Positions 36,432 through 48,987 of a stretch of 64,000 bases of DNA are shown piece by piece (position 1 is the stretch's first letter; each line of letters starts with the position of its first letter). Under the pieces are notes generated by a model that was not told where the DNA came from, searched no databases, and saw nothing but the letters and a program-made list of their open reading frames with translations. The stretch is from Chlorokybus atmophyticus (taxonomy: Eukaryota; Plantae; Mesostigma and Chlorokybus algae), in NCBI GenBank assembly GCA_009103225.1, contig RHPI01000732.1, positions 170,482-234,481 of the forward strand, given 5' to 3'. Made by a program: the position numbers and the translations under genes.

Positions 36432-37686
36432 GCTACTATGGGGGTTATTGCTAGCTCCGGTAACACTGCCAGTATGCTAGCAGTACTTGCAACAAAAGCA
36501 CCGCCTCAACAAAAGACAAAACACAGATGCCACTGAGCAGGCAGCACACAGCGCTACAACACCTTGGTTGCTTACTCCGGGCTACGTACCGTTGTATAGA
36601 ATACACAAGTACAGATGGTGAGTCTGCTGCAATTGAGCAACGACGGACGTCTGCTTGCACTGCTTGACAAGCAATGATACGTGCACATTAATGCAGCCTT
36701 GACGATGACAATGTGCGTTAGAGTTTGAACCACTACATATGTCACTGCATATGATGTGACGTCGGTGTTGTCAGTCTGTTGTCAGTCTGTATGCTGTAGT
36801 TGGTGCTTGCTTGCAGACAGGCAGGCAGCTGGCTTTCGCTTTACATCCTGTATAACATGCAGCTCACCTTAACAATCATGATGTTGGCACTGGCCGCCGC
36901 TGCCGCTCGCCCAGTTGGCTGGCTCCGCGAAGGTATACCTTCCTTACTCAACAGTAAGCGGTGGCAATCAGCCCGCAGCTACAAGGCGGGTACGTGCCAC
37001 ACAGCACCGGCAGTTTGTGAGGTAGCAGTACGCCGCTGCTGAGCAGGCAAGAGCAAGGGAGGCCTACTTACTGCTGGCCTCTCTCTCATATTGCTTGTCT
37101 GTGCATGCACACCTCCCACAGGATCAGGAGTACAAGTGAGTACGCGCAGCCCGTGAGGAAAGAGTAATGATGCACTGACAAAAGGCCTGCTGCTTGCATG
37201 TCTATCTGGATGCTACACAAAGCCTGAACATTAGTCATTTGCTAAAATTTGTGTACATTACCTCATCCGCTTCCTTACCCTCCTGATCTGCGCCTCTCCC
37301 TTAATCGAGACCAGCTAAGAAGAAACAACTCCAGGCGCAGCACGCCGGAAATGCGCACTCGCACCCGTTTGGTCACTTAAGCCCAGAGAAACTGGGACGC
37401 GTCTGTATGCAAGAGTCTCTGCAGCAGTGCAAAGCCTTGCTGCATGTGCCATGCCGCAGGGGAGCTTAGCATCTCCTTCTGGCAATTTTTGTTGCACACA
37501 TAGTTGGATACTTGAAGGCTGTTCACTGGCACGGGGCCTGATGTCCATCGTGTAACTGTCTACAGGCCTGCACAAGTCATGCTTCGCTTGTTTGTCTGCA
37601 TTGCTGGGTATTGTCATTGACCACAATGAAGGCGCTTGCTCAAGACATGATGCACAGGAAAAGCATGCTAGCTCCATATCACGCTC

Positions 37687-40600
37687 TCAACTATGACGCC
37701 GCTTGGCATCCGAAAGAATCCTTTCTGCTGTCAACTTAGCACCAATCAAGACCAGAGGCACACCATTGCCCGGTCGTGTTGATGCACCAACAAAATACAG
37801 TCCCTGCACCAAGGTGTAGTCAGCAAAGCGCAACGGCTCCTCACACAGAGTGAAACTGACCGGCCTGTAAACACAATGCATGCACCTGCATGGATGTGTC
37901 TGCAACAGGGGGGCGGAAATGTGCCAGTTGGAAGAAGCCATGAGCAAGTCCGAATGCTGCGCCATGCTGCAGATTATACCTGCACAACCACACAATTTCT
38001 ATGTGTGTTGCGTAAGCTCCTACTATGTGCTTTATGACGGTGCAGCCAGCAAGACAGCCAGGCATCGGCAGCAAACTCCACGGCCAAATGACAGGGCCAT
38101 AGTCAAACAAGGCCTGCAATCGAGCCGACTTACATGTCTTGCCAGTTTGTTGGCGTGTAGACAAACTCATTTGTCATGTGCGAGCTGATGTCACCAACAC
38201 CAGCCTCCTTGAAACGCCTGATCACTGCCACTCGTGCAGCCGACACCAGCTCTACAGGGAGAGTGTAAGATCAGTTCGCTGTACGTACGCATCCGCAACA
38301 CCCATCACCAACCTGCATCTACATCAGGCGTGCCAGCTATGCGTTGGTTCTGCAGATTCGCCACAGGCACAAGCACAGTGATGGCGTCGCAGCCTGCGAA
38401 ATGAGCACAATGTCTCAGTGCTGACATGGCGCAAGCAAGTACATTACACAGTCTGTGCTTTTCCAGGTGACACAGCTGGGTTCATACCAACAGCGTCGCA
38501 ATGCGCAAATACTTGGCACTGGGTGTTCACCTGCAGGAGCGGCAGTTGGATCAGTGCGTGCAGGGGCGTGAACGTAGAAGTTGGGTCTTTCACACAGGCT
38601 GCGTGGGTCTGATGCTCTGTTCCAGCTCTTCTCATACTCGTCTGAGAGGAAGATAGAGTGGTGTAGCAGGCCATCTAACCTGACATCTAAGGCCCTGTGC
38701 GTACAGTGTGCAATCTCACCACCGCTTACATCTTTAAGGTGACGTGCAAAATTTCGACTTCACAAACGGTGAATCATGTTCCCAACTGGAGGCATTGTGA
38801 CGACAGATGGCAGCTAACACATGAGGCACATTGCACTTGCCAATTGAAGCTAATGATGCTGGCAGAGTACTCCAGGCCTTGAAGGCGACTTGCCTTCGCT
38901 GCTGCTCCATCAATAAGCTTGTCATAAGCATACCTGCAGTAGGCCGCTCGTAAGTTGGCAAACAGCCACGACCTGCATACTCATGTATATATGACGGACC
39001 GCAAAATACAACACAGCTTGTGTACAGCACTTACGGTACATCAGCATTTGTGACAACAACGTCAGAAGCAATGCGCCTGCCATCCGCAAGTGTCACACCC
39101 GTCACGCAGTTGCCTTCAATGTCTGCAGTCGCCAACAAGTTGTGTTTTCAAGCATTAACATCACAAACAACAAACTACTTATACCTATGCGCACAACCTC
39201 TGCACCGCGTTCCACGCTAACGCCTACAGTTTGGATGGATTGCAGCAGAGCATCGCGCACTGCGCCAAAGCCGCCAAGTGGGTAGTGAATACCGTCGATT
39301 AACTCTGTTGCTGCTAAGAGACTGCAGCAAAATTGCGGTAGTTATGCATGTGGGCAAGCAAGAACGCCTGCCACCTCCATGCGCAAAAGATACCCACAGC
39401 CGAAACCCAGACTCACAAGTAGCATCAACCACCCGACTACATAGTGAGGGCCAATCTCTGTGCTTGAGTTGCTACCTGAACACGCCAGGGGCATTGTAGG
39501 GGCTGAGACCAACATACAGGTCTTGGAAGGTGAAGAGCGCGCGCAGCCGAGGATCCTTGAAGTAGTTACCGACTTGCGCATGGTGCTGCCCCAGCAGCTC
39601 CAATGGACTCAACCTGGCATGACCATGGACTATTACTGATGGTGTCCAGCATAATGTTATTCTTATTGTTATTCAAACTCACACAAGCTAGCACAAGATA
39701 ACAGCCGAGAGAAGTTGTTGGCAATGCAAAGCAATGATGTCAAGCACCTCATTTGCAGTACCTTTTCAGTAGAGGTAGCAGACGGAAGGGGTTCAGGTAA
39801 TCCATGATTGACGTGAAGTCGCGCTCAATGAAGTTTGCCAGCCCCGCGTCCAGAGCTTCCTTGTATGTAACAGTATCAATGGAAACGCCAGCAATCACAT
39901 GAAATAGGCAGTGCTGGTTGACCGCATATCAAATCAGCAAGCTATGTTTTACATGCGCACCTTCGCAGCAGACAAAAACCGCAGATAAGCAGCGGAGGCG
40001 CCTGGTTCAAACCTCTCAAGCTGCCTTGACATCTCAGCAACATCGGATGTGAGGTCGATGCTGGTGGGTTCTTGTCCAGCGAAGAACACGCGATATGCCG
40101 CAGGTTGAACGCGTTTGATGGCCACTTTTCCATCCAGAGACTCGCCCAACGCCTCAAAAGCCTCCCTGTACTTGTCTGGGAGCAGCAATAGACTTGGACC
40201 TGTATCGAATCGATACCCGGGTGGAGACTCCACTGACTGCATGCGCCCTCCAACCTTTTGAAGACACACATATGTGCAAACGATTGCACGTGCGGTGTGC
40301 CAGCTAGCAATGAAACAGAGCTTGCACGAGACGCTGCTCCAAAGCAATGCCTCTAGCGACTCCAAGCAAGATAATGAGAAGATTCTACCAACGCACAATG
40401 GAATGGATGTATGCAACTGCTTGCAAACCGTCGCGCAATTCGCTGCACGTGAGCGCAGCAACTTATGGCATCAACTACTGGTCAATGCTGCACGTACCTG
40501 TTCGTTCTTTTCAAACACAGTCACCTTAAAACCAGCACGCGCCAGTCTCCCAGCGACTGCGAGTCCGCCCACGCCGCCGCCAATGACGACAGCACGCGTG

Positions 40601-40722
40601 CTGTGAGCTTGACAGCATGTCGTGCGACCAACGACCAAACTTTTTGGTCTCCTAGCAGCGTTTTGAAAAGTTGATAGTAATGGCAGGGTCAGCCGCAGCG
40701 CCAATGGTGTAGTGCTTGCCAT
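37687..40722 (-). CDS. crtI: CrtI-type (bacterial/fungal-type) phytoene desaturase family flavoprotein with plastid transit peptide
   Basis: Presequence then [37 protein letters not shown] (dinucleotide fold), GYRFDTGPSLLLLP, YFKDPRLRALFTFQDLYVGLSPYNAPGVFSLL, GIHYPLGGFGAV, DVVVTNADVP, FYVHAPARTDPTAAP, GAAFGLAH, GLYFVGASTRPGNGVPLVLIGAKLTAERI; stop at 37689-37687. Confidence 0.88.
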
Positions 40723-41539
40723 GAAGCTGCTCAGGGGCTGGCGCTAGTCTGGGCAACAAGCAGCACAGAGGAGCTTGACATATGCACTGCTTACTTCCTT
40801 GACAACTTGACGCAAGATTTCAATGTCAACAGCAATCTAGGTAGACGACTAAGCACAACCCTGAATGCAAGAGCAGTGTGCGTTTGCGTACTTGCATGTG
40901 CAGGCTTTGGTCAAGTTCTTGCATGTAATCAAGCAGCGGCTGAATACAGGAAGCAAGTCGGCAGGTAAGGCACAACGTGTTCAGCATGTCCTGTTACAAG
41001 CGCTTGCTTGTATAGTCTAGAGCAAAACAGCTCCGCCTTGCAAAACATACCACCAGACCAGTCAAGCGCCATACAGGCTGTGCAGCGACGTGCAAGCTGA
41101 AGCAAGCGCCGCAGACGCCGTCTGCCAAACGGTGACGTAACGCAGTGACGCAACTCGCGCTTTCCCGTTACGCCTGCCGTTAGGTGAGACATGTACGTTA
41201 GCTGCTCCGTGAACAATCAGGGCCTTTGTACAACTACAAACGGCAGGCTGATAATGACATACTCTAAATTACGCTTTGGAGCAGCGGCGGCAGCCTGCGG
41301 CGGCATAGCTGGCGGTGCAGGTGGCGGGGTCGACGGCGTTGCTCTGTCGTGGGCAGCTTTGCTTTGCAGACAGCATCGTGGAGAGAAGTACAGTGCACTG
41401 GGCTCATAGTCCTGTGACGCCGGGATCTGCAGGAGAAAACCTTTTGCGGAGCTGTGGTGCGCTATCTGTCGTGAAGGTGGAGGCTGCTAGGGTCTCAGCC
41501 GCTCCTGCTCCTCGGCCGCCTACTGGCCGAGGAGCACGC

Positions 41540-44500
41540 ATGGAGCTGAACATAGTTAGGATTATGCCTGAACGTGCTATCGGTGTAGACGCCGTAGCGG
41601 ACGTTCTAGAGGCGGGTCCTCCCAGCCCCATGGAGTACGGAGAGCTGTATGCTAGCATTCCGCTGGACCCGTCTGTGCGCTATTCCAAGTGAGTAGTGTG
41701 TGCATGGTTTTCTTGACGCAAAACGTCATGAACAAGAGAAAGTTACAGGGCGGTCAGCAAGCTTTGGGGAACGGTATGCAACTTGTTTATTGTCACTAAT
41801 AAGTTCATTTGACTGCCTGCACGCTGCAGTATTTTGACTACACCAGTTGTGCACTGTGCATTTTTCTTGTTAATAGCTGCTTTGGCAAATCACAGGAGTA
41901 TGTTAGGCAGTATGTTAAGCAGTTACCCCGGGTACCAGTTAGCGTTAGTTGGACGCTGACCATGGTAAAGAGTAGTCATGCAGTTGGCTACATTCTGTTG
42001 GTTTGAAGGTATGCCTGGCATACAGCACATATGGCATCCTCTTAACGTTAAACATGTTCTCAGGTTGCACCACGAGATACTGGCCCTATGTGAGAGGTTG
42101 CGCCCCACTAAGGATGAGCTGGAAAGGCGAGTTCAAGCTTTTCATGCAGTTCGTGCAACTGCAAGGGAGTTGTGGCCAACTGCACAGGTATGATGACGTT
42201 CACGATTGTTGACTCCTGACAGCTGGAGTATGCCTATGTTCAATGTTGCTCAGTTTCTCGCGCTACTTGTAGCGCTCAAGTTAATCTGCTATTCATTACG
42301 ATGCTCAGTGTTTTGCAACTCGTTGCTGTGCTGCTCCCCCTCCGCATAAGGTTGTAGCCACAGCTCGCATAACAATTACGTACACATCCACTCATGTTCA
42401 CCAAGGTGTCAGTTGCGTACTTCACATTCGCTGATTTGCACAGCTTGCAGTAGATGGACATGCGCGTTTATTTGGAAGCTCTTTGATAGCGCTTATTTGC
42501 AGGTGTCACTGTTCGGGTCGTGCGCGACTGGTTTGGATGTACCTGGCAGTGACATTGATATCGCCATTCTGCACGAAGATGAGCCCAGCACCAGCACTAG
42601 CTCTGCGCCCAGCAACCCACGCAGTGCTTTTCGGGACGGTGGAGAGGGATCCTCAAGGGGCCGCAAGGCTGCTGCACCTGCTGTAAAACGCCAGTTGAAC
42701 TTGTTGACTGCTGCGCTGAAGAAGCGGGGTTTGTTGCGGGAAGTTGAAAAAATAGCCCATGCCAAGGTATGTTTACATGATGATGATTACCCTCCCTCCC
42801 CCCCCCGCCGCGCGCACGGGGGGGCGACAGTACACACAGCCAACACACAACAGCCAAGGCGTCCCTACTGCAGTACTATGTTGGCATCATCATGTTCGTG
42901 TAAGGTGATACGAAGTTAGCAGCTGTGATGTTGACACTAAGCTGGGTGCAGGTGCCATTGTTGAAGTGTGTGCAAAAAAATGGAGTTATATGCGACATTG
43001 CCTTCAATGCCAACAACGGCCCACTTGCTGTGCCTTTTGTTCGTGAGCAATTACGGCGGTACATGTTCTTGCGGCCACTGCTGGTTGTCTTGAAACTATT
43101 TTTGGACGAAAGAGGCTTGAACCGCGTGTTCACTGGTGGAGTGGGAAGCTACTGCTTGTTGAACATGGTGATTAGTCACCTTCAGGTGCGTATCTTGTTG
43201 TGGCATTATGCCCTTGAATCTTGTGCATGAAAGTGATGCTTGGGCTACTTGCAGATGGTGGCCGCAGCCAAAATCAGTGATTTGGGCTACTTGTTGATGG
43301 GCTTTCTTGAGCGCTACGGCAGAAGGTTTGACTATAACAGTGCAACGATTTCCATAAGGGCTGCCTGCTACTTTTCCAAGGTATATGTTTGGCTTCTTGT
43401 TTCGCTTCTTGTATTGACTTTGTTAGCTGCGTGCTGGCTACCATCAGGGCAACTGGACACACATGCACTGAGACTCCCACTCTGTCTGCAGGCAAAGCTT
43501 GGTTGGCTGGATAACAACCGGCCAGACCTGTTGAGTGTGGAGGACCCACAGGCCCCTGGTGAGTTGGCGATCCACAGTAGCAGTGCACGTACTGAACCAC
43601 TTCGGTAGTGTGGTTTGTGGCTCACTGATTGTTGCTTTTCAGATGTGGACATTGGAAAGGGCTCGTTCAAGATAAATGTTGTCCGCGATGCCTTTGACCA
43701 GGCTTACATGGCACTGCACAGAGTCGGCAATTGCTTCATGGAAGGCAGCGTCTTATGTCACATGCTGAAGGTATGTCAAAGTGTGTACTGTACAACTTGC
43801 ATGCCCAGGGTTGTCATGCGCATGCATGTGAGAAGGCTGTTTTGCGCCGCGAGCATTCTATAACTTGGTTGAACTTGTGTTGTACCCACATTGCCCGGGC
43901 ACCTTGTCAAGTTGTTGATTATTGTTGCATACGGCCAGGTTGAGCGAGCAGTTCAGCGGCTACCACCCGAGTTGGTGCGCCTTGATTCCAGCGTCTTTGG
44001 CAAGAACAAGAAGCGGCCGCACCCAGCCGACACCAGCCCGAACGCGGCAGGTCAACCTCCAGCTAAACGCCGGAAGAAAGGCAAGGGGGCTGCAGCAGGG
44101 CCCAAGCATGTGGAGAATGGCATCAAAGTAGGGAAGAAGAAGAAGCACAAGCAGCAGCAAAAGCAGCAGCGAGCCGGACAGCTACAGCATTGGCCGCGTT
44201 CGACAGAGCCAGAGCGCATTTTGCCAGAATGGGAGGGTCGTGCGGGGGCCAAGTTCACCATGGGAAGTGGGGGAGGCGCCGGTGTTGGGAAGCAGAAGAA
44301 ACCCAAGAAGCGACGAGCTATGACTCGCAGTCAGAAGAAGGCGCAGCGCAGCACACATGAGTTCAAGGGCAGGTCACCAGCACGCGACCACGGCAAGCAA
44401 TTGCTTGTTGCGTTTCATGACCTGTAGCCCCTCTACCAGTACTAGTCTTATCCGTCAGTAGTACCTGCTAGTATTACAACTAGTCCAACATTCTTTGGCC

Positions 44501-44881
44501 TCAGCGCCAGTGCTGCTATACATTCTTGCCATTGAGTGGTGCCTGCTCCCTGTATGTCTTACATCTTGTGGCAGTCAGCTGCAGTGTTGCTGCGCAGGTC
44601 CACGGAAGCAAGTAACCCATAGCAGACAACCCCAGTCGAGGCCATCGCGCTCGCACATGTCTGGCAGGGGCAGGAAGCACGCTACCACAGCTGGCACCAG
44701 CTCAAGCCTAACTGCCAACTCGCGGGTGGCAACCCAGCGACAGAATGTCAAATACAACAAACAGCAAGTGACTGATGTGAAGTTGCAGCGTGTGAAAAGA
44801 AAAGACATCAATGGCAGCAACGACCATCACGGTCAGAAAGCACAACTCCGGTGGTCAAGCATGCTTCTGGCGTGGCCTTGA
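41540..44881 (+). CDS. TRF4/TRF5-like non-canonical poly(A) polymerase (nucleotidyltransferase + PAP-associated domain) with basic tail; ends at 44427, or at 44881 if a GC-AG intron is used
   Basis: KLHHEILALCERLRPT, VSLFGSCATGLDVPGSDIDIAIL (GS and DxD), AKVPLLKCV, CDIAFN, LRPLLVVLKLFL..RGLNRVFTGGVGSYCL, DLGYLLMGFLERYG, LSVEDPQAP..DIGKGSF. Confidence 0.93.
41863..41967 (+). repeat. Second copy of the 105-bp sequence, inside intron 1 of the TRF4-like gene
   Basis: Identical to 31139-31243; contains a strong acceptor (tttttcttgttaatag) and a donor (ATG|gtaaag). Confidence 0.95.
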
Positions 44882-45122
44882 AAGCCGCTGGCAAGGGAAA
44901 AGCCAAGAGCCATAAAGTATACAAAACAAGCAGATATCAACGCAGCGGACAGTGCAAATGCAGAGCATCCAAAGTTCATGGCAAGCATTGGCTTTGTTTT
45001 GAATGCTTGCATACAGTAGAATTAACTAGTACAGCAACATCGTCATACAAAGCTACACACTGTCAGCCATGCCTATCACACTGCACCAGTAAATTCACAC
45101 GCACGCAAGCACGCCTACACAT

Positions 45123-45419
45123 CTACATGGCTGCAGCCGCCAGCACAGCGCCCGCTTCCGACGTTGGCACTGCCGTCTGGACTGGACCCCAGCCAGTTAC
45201 GGCCGCCACGACCACCGCCGCACGCTCCAGGATGGTGATGCCCTGAGCACGCTGCAGCGCGCAAGCCACGCGCTGCCGGTACAGAGCCAAGTAGCCCGCT
45301 AGCCTGCGCAAGGGCAAGTCACGCGCAGCCAGCGCCCTCCTGACGCACATGTCGATGACGTCGTGAAAACTCTGGCCCAAGCATACTTTGTCGATGGAAA
45401 CCTTATGCTTTGCAGCCAA
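45123..45419 (-). mobile_element. Fragment of the C-terminal restriction-like endonuclease region of an RLE-type non-LTR retrotransposon
   Basis: SIDKVCLGQSFHDVI...YLALYRQRVACALQRAQGITILERA resembles the terminal helix of RLE retroelements (F..E..G..G...QR.S.ALQR.NA..IL); no upstream RT seen. Confidence 0.45.
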
Positions 45420-47407
45420 GGAGCAGGTTTAAAGGCACAACAGTAGCTCTCAAGTTGTGAAACAGCTTAAGAAAGGCGCAGCACATGGTGGGAAAGTTAA
45501 GATTGCTTCATTACAGAGCCCACCACGCAGCAGGCAGCGGCAAGAACCAGGACCAGCCAGTAATTGAAGGCCGGATGTGTGTGTTGTTTCGCATTTATAT
45601 ATGGAGATATGCGATAACCCATTGTGATGTAAGGAGATACTGCATTGCGGCAAACCTAACCAGGGGATTCCATCCTCAAGTTGTGTAGAGACAGTGCGGA
45701 GCAAGACGATGCACTGTGGATCACCTTTGTAAGTTGTGGTTGACGCTGAGCAATTAGTTTTCAATTGATGTGCACAGGTCGTGCTGATACCATACAAACA
45801 ACATGTCATCATACATGTGATAAATGCCATGGGCTCTACATGTCGCGTTGCAGCATATTTGCTTGTGAATATGTGAATGGTGATTAACGAATAGCATACC
45901 TCTTGTATGCTTGTGTGTGTGCTTGCGGATTGCGGGCATTACATTGCATGCTATGCATTGGACCTACCGATCATCCTATACCTTGTAAATATTTTAAAAA
46001 AGAATGCGTCAACAATATTGTACAGACTGGGCCAAGTGTTGGCACGGTGTCATTTGATTGTGCACCCCTGGCTTCGTGCACATGCACGTGTTGTCATTCT
46101 CAACAGCAATAGCAAACAATCCAAGTTGAGGGGTCGGAAATAAAACAAAATAAGTGGGTTGTGGTCGGTACATACATTTTCCACCCCCCTCTTGACACGA
46201 GCGTTACTACTGTAACACTTGAACTATCCTTGTGACAGCGCTTACTTAGTTATTTTGTATGCACATGCATAACCCCGCATCCAATTGCTACATCAACTGA
46301 ATGGTCACCTTACAGGGGGAGCTACTTAGCTTCAATCAACCCTTTCTCAAGGCCTTGTTGTGTCTCTTCATGTTCGCAGCTGGACTCGGCCCATACATAG
46401 GCATGAAGACTTGCACAACTCAATCAAGGCATTCCGTGCTACTTATTGTACTCAAGTGGCATACGCATGCAACAGCTCTAAACAAGCTGGCGTACATTGC
46501 CAGAAGACTCATCAAGTGACGAGGTTTGAGTCGCATTGGCAATCCGCTTCATCACACGTAGCATAGATTGGGTTCCTTGTCATACCGCTCTTGTCACCTG
46601 CTTGTTACTCAAACAACATGAGACAGTGATACGAGATGCATCATTACTCGACAATGGGTTCGACATTGTGCCTATCTTCTCGCAGGGTCACACGGCCTCG
46701 CCTATTGCATACATTGCAAAGTTGGAGTATGCACATGTATTGTCACGCCCATAAGGCTGACCAACTTTCAGAATCGTTCTTTGTCCCTTACTTATGACAG
46801 TAAGATGAGACTCAGTGGGGACTCATTCCTTTTCAGCAAGTGTAGTGCCTATGGGGTATGCTCTCACGTAGGTTTGCTCTTGAGCCTATGAGGGCCTTGA
46901 GTAAGGATAAACTACACAAGGCATTGATGATGGCTACATAGCTGATCCATGCATATGGCATGTGAGCCTTTATTATTGTACTGCGAGTTGCCACAGGAAG
47001 TGACAATCAGAAGATTGTGAGCCAAGATTGGCAAAGCACTGTATGTGTACGGTGATCGTGCGATTTGCCATTGATGTGACAGTCGTAAGGCAAGTTGTGC
47101 ATGTGGGCAATCCGCAAGAACATTTGTGTCACACCCCTAACGGTTAGGGGAGCCTAAGATTGTAATTCCAAGGTAGGATTGTTACTCCCATGAGAACTCG
47201 AGGTGGTTCAATACTCTTTACATGGAGTTTACTATTTATTTATAATAGTGATTTATTTATTGGTTCCGATGTTGGAACAAGGTTAGCGCATAATGACAAG
47301 GTCTGTGTGGCGTTGGACATCTTGTGTGCCAGGTCGGGAGCGCAGCATATGGTATAAATACTAAATTGCATCCTAGAGTAGGGATCGTTTCAGTATTGAT
47401 CAAGACA

Positions 47408-47607
<200 letters not shown>

Positions 47608-47881
47608 NTCCCCCTCATCCCTCATGGGGTGCGGTGTTTTGGTGTTGTGCACGTGTGCACGTAGGTATGTTGGGCGTGCGTGTGTGCCTTGGGCTGGAGC
47701 TGAGTAGAGAGGCCGGTAATCATCCACTTCTCCCTTGGTGCTGACCTGCAACTTCCCTTGCAAGGTGTTGCACCGGAGACGCTAGTGGGACTTCCATCTG
47801 TAAATCCGTGGTGCTTGTGCCTACGTTTGCTAACCCGATCAGCAGATAAGCAAGTGGTATCGTTACATGTATACTCAACTT

Positions 47882-48197
47882 TGTAACGGAGTGCTACCGC
47901 GTTCCCCGCCCTTACTAAATGAGAAATAAGGGTCCCAACGGGATAAACACGGCCATTAAAGTCGTATTAGGGCTTTTATAGGCCCAAATAAGGTGTTATG
48001 TTATGTAACACCGATATCGGCTTGAGACACGAGTCTCAAGTCGATATCGGCCGCATGGTGGCGCTGCTAATGCAGCGACCGCCATAGCCAGGGGATCTTT
48101 CGATCCCCTGGCTGCCAGCGGCGGCGGCGGCGACGTGATTGGGGTGGTGGTGTTGGAGTAGGGGATTAAAGGGGGCGGTAGCACCCCCCTTCTTACA
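47882..48197 (+). repeat. 5' LTR
   Basis: tgtaacgg...cccccttcttaca; aligns with 54253-54613. Confidence 0.93.
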
Positions 48198-48199
48198 TT

Positions 48200-48211
48200 T
48201 GGTATCGGAGC
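48200..48211 (+). promoter_or_regulatory. Primer binding site, tRNA-iMet type
   Basis: TGGTATCGGAGC 2 nt after the 5' LTR; one change from canonical TGGTATCAGAGC. Confidence 0.85.
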
Positions 48212-48987
48212 GAGGGCGTGGGGGCCTGGGGGGGCGGCGACGGCTTTGGCGGCGGCGGGGCGCAGAGGCGGCATTCGGCACTGCTCAGTGCCGCTGCCAG
48301 GCCGGCGGCCTGACAGCGGCGGCAGCGGCGGCAGCTAGCAGCCGCTACCCATTAGGGTGGGTAGTGGTAGTTGTTAGCTAGTTGTTGTTGTTGTTTAATT
48401 GTATAGTTGTATAGTTGCTGTTGTTGGTGTAGCCTAGCCTAGCCTTGCCTTGCCTTGCTTGCTTAGCCTAGTCTAGCTTGCCTGCCCTAGCTGTAAGGGG
48501 GGGTTGTGGTTGTTTACACTTCTCCCACCCCAAGAAAGTAGTCTAATGCCAACTTGGGCTGTTTTGGCCGCCATTCAGTGCGGTAGGGCCGCTAGATTCA
48601 TTTTGGACGGTCGATATCAAACCCTCAACTCACAACTTGTTGATATCGGCCTGCAGGGCTGAGCCAACGAGAGTTTGGCACCTTTTGTGTCATTTACAAT
48701 TGTGAGTTGAGCAGGGTTGTATAAGGTGAAAACTTTAAGTTGTAGCTTGTGAACCGTCGCGTGCATTCGCGTGTCGTTTGTTTACAAGCGAGTGTCTTGT
48801 TGAGAGGTGTTGGGCAGTTATTTTACGTGCTGTTAAACCCAAGTATAGCACTTTAAAATCAGCGAGAAAGAAACAACAAATTTTGACACTTTTAAAGTGC
48901 ACAACTCGTGTGCTTGTGCACTCGTGCACTTGTAAACTTCTTGACGGCTTGTCTCCTTGGGCAGATGTCTCACCAAGGAGAGGAGGG

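Noticed and set aside
46140-47120. Decayed transposon coding sequence
   Set aside because: No recognisable domain motifs in any frame.
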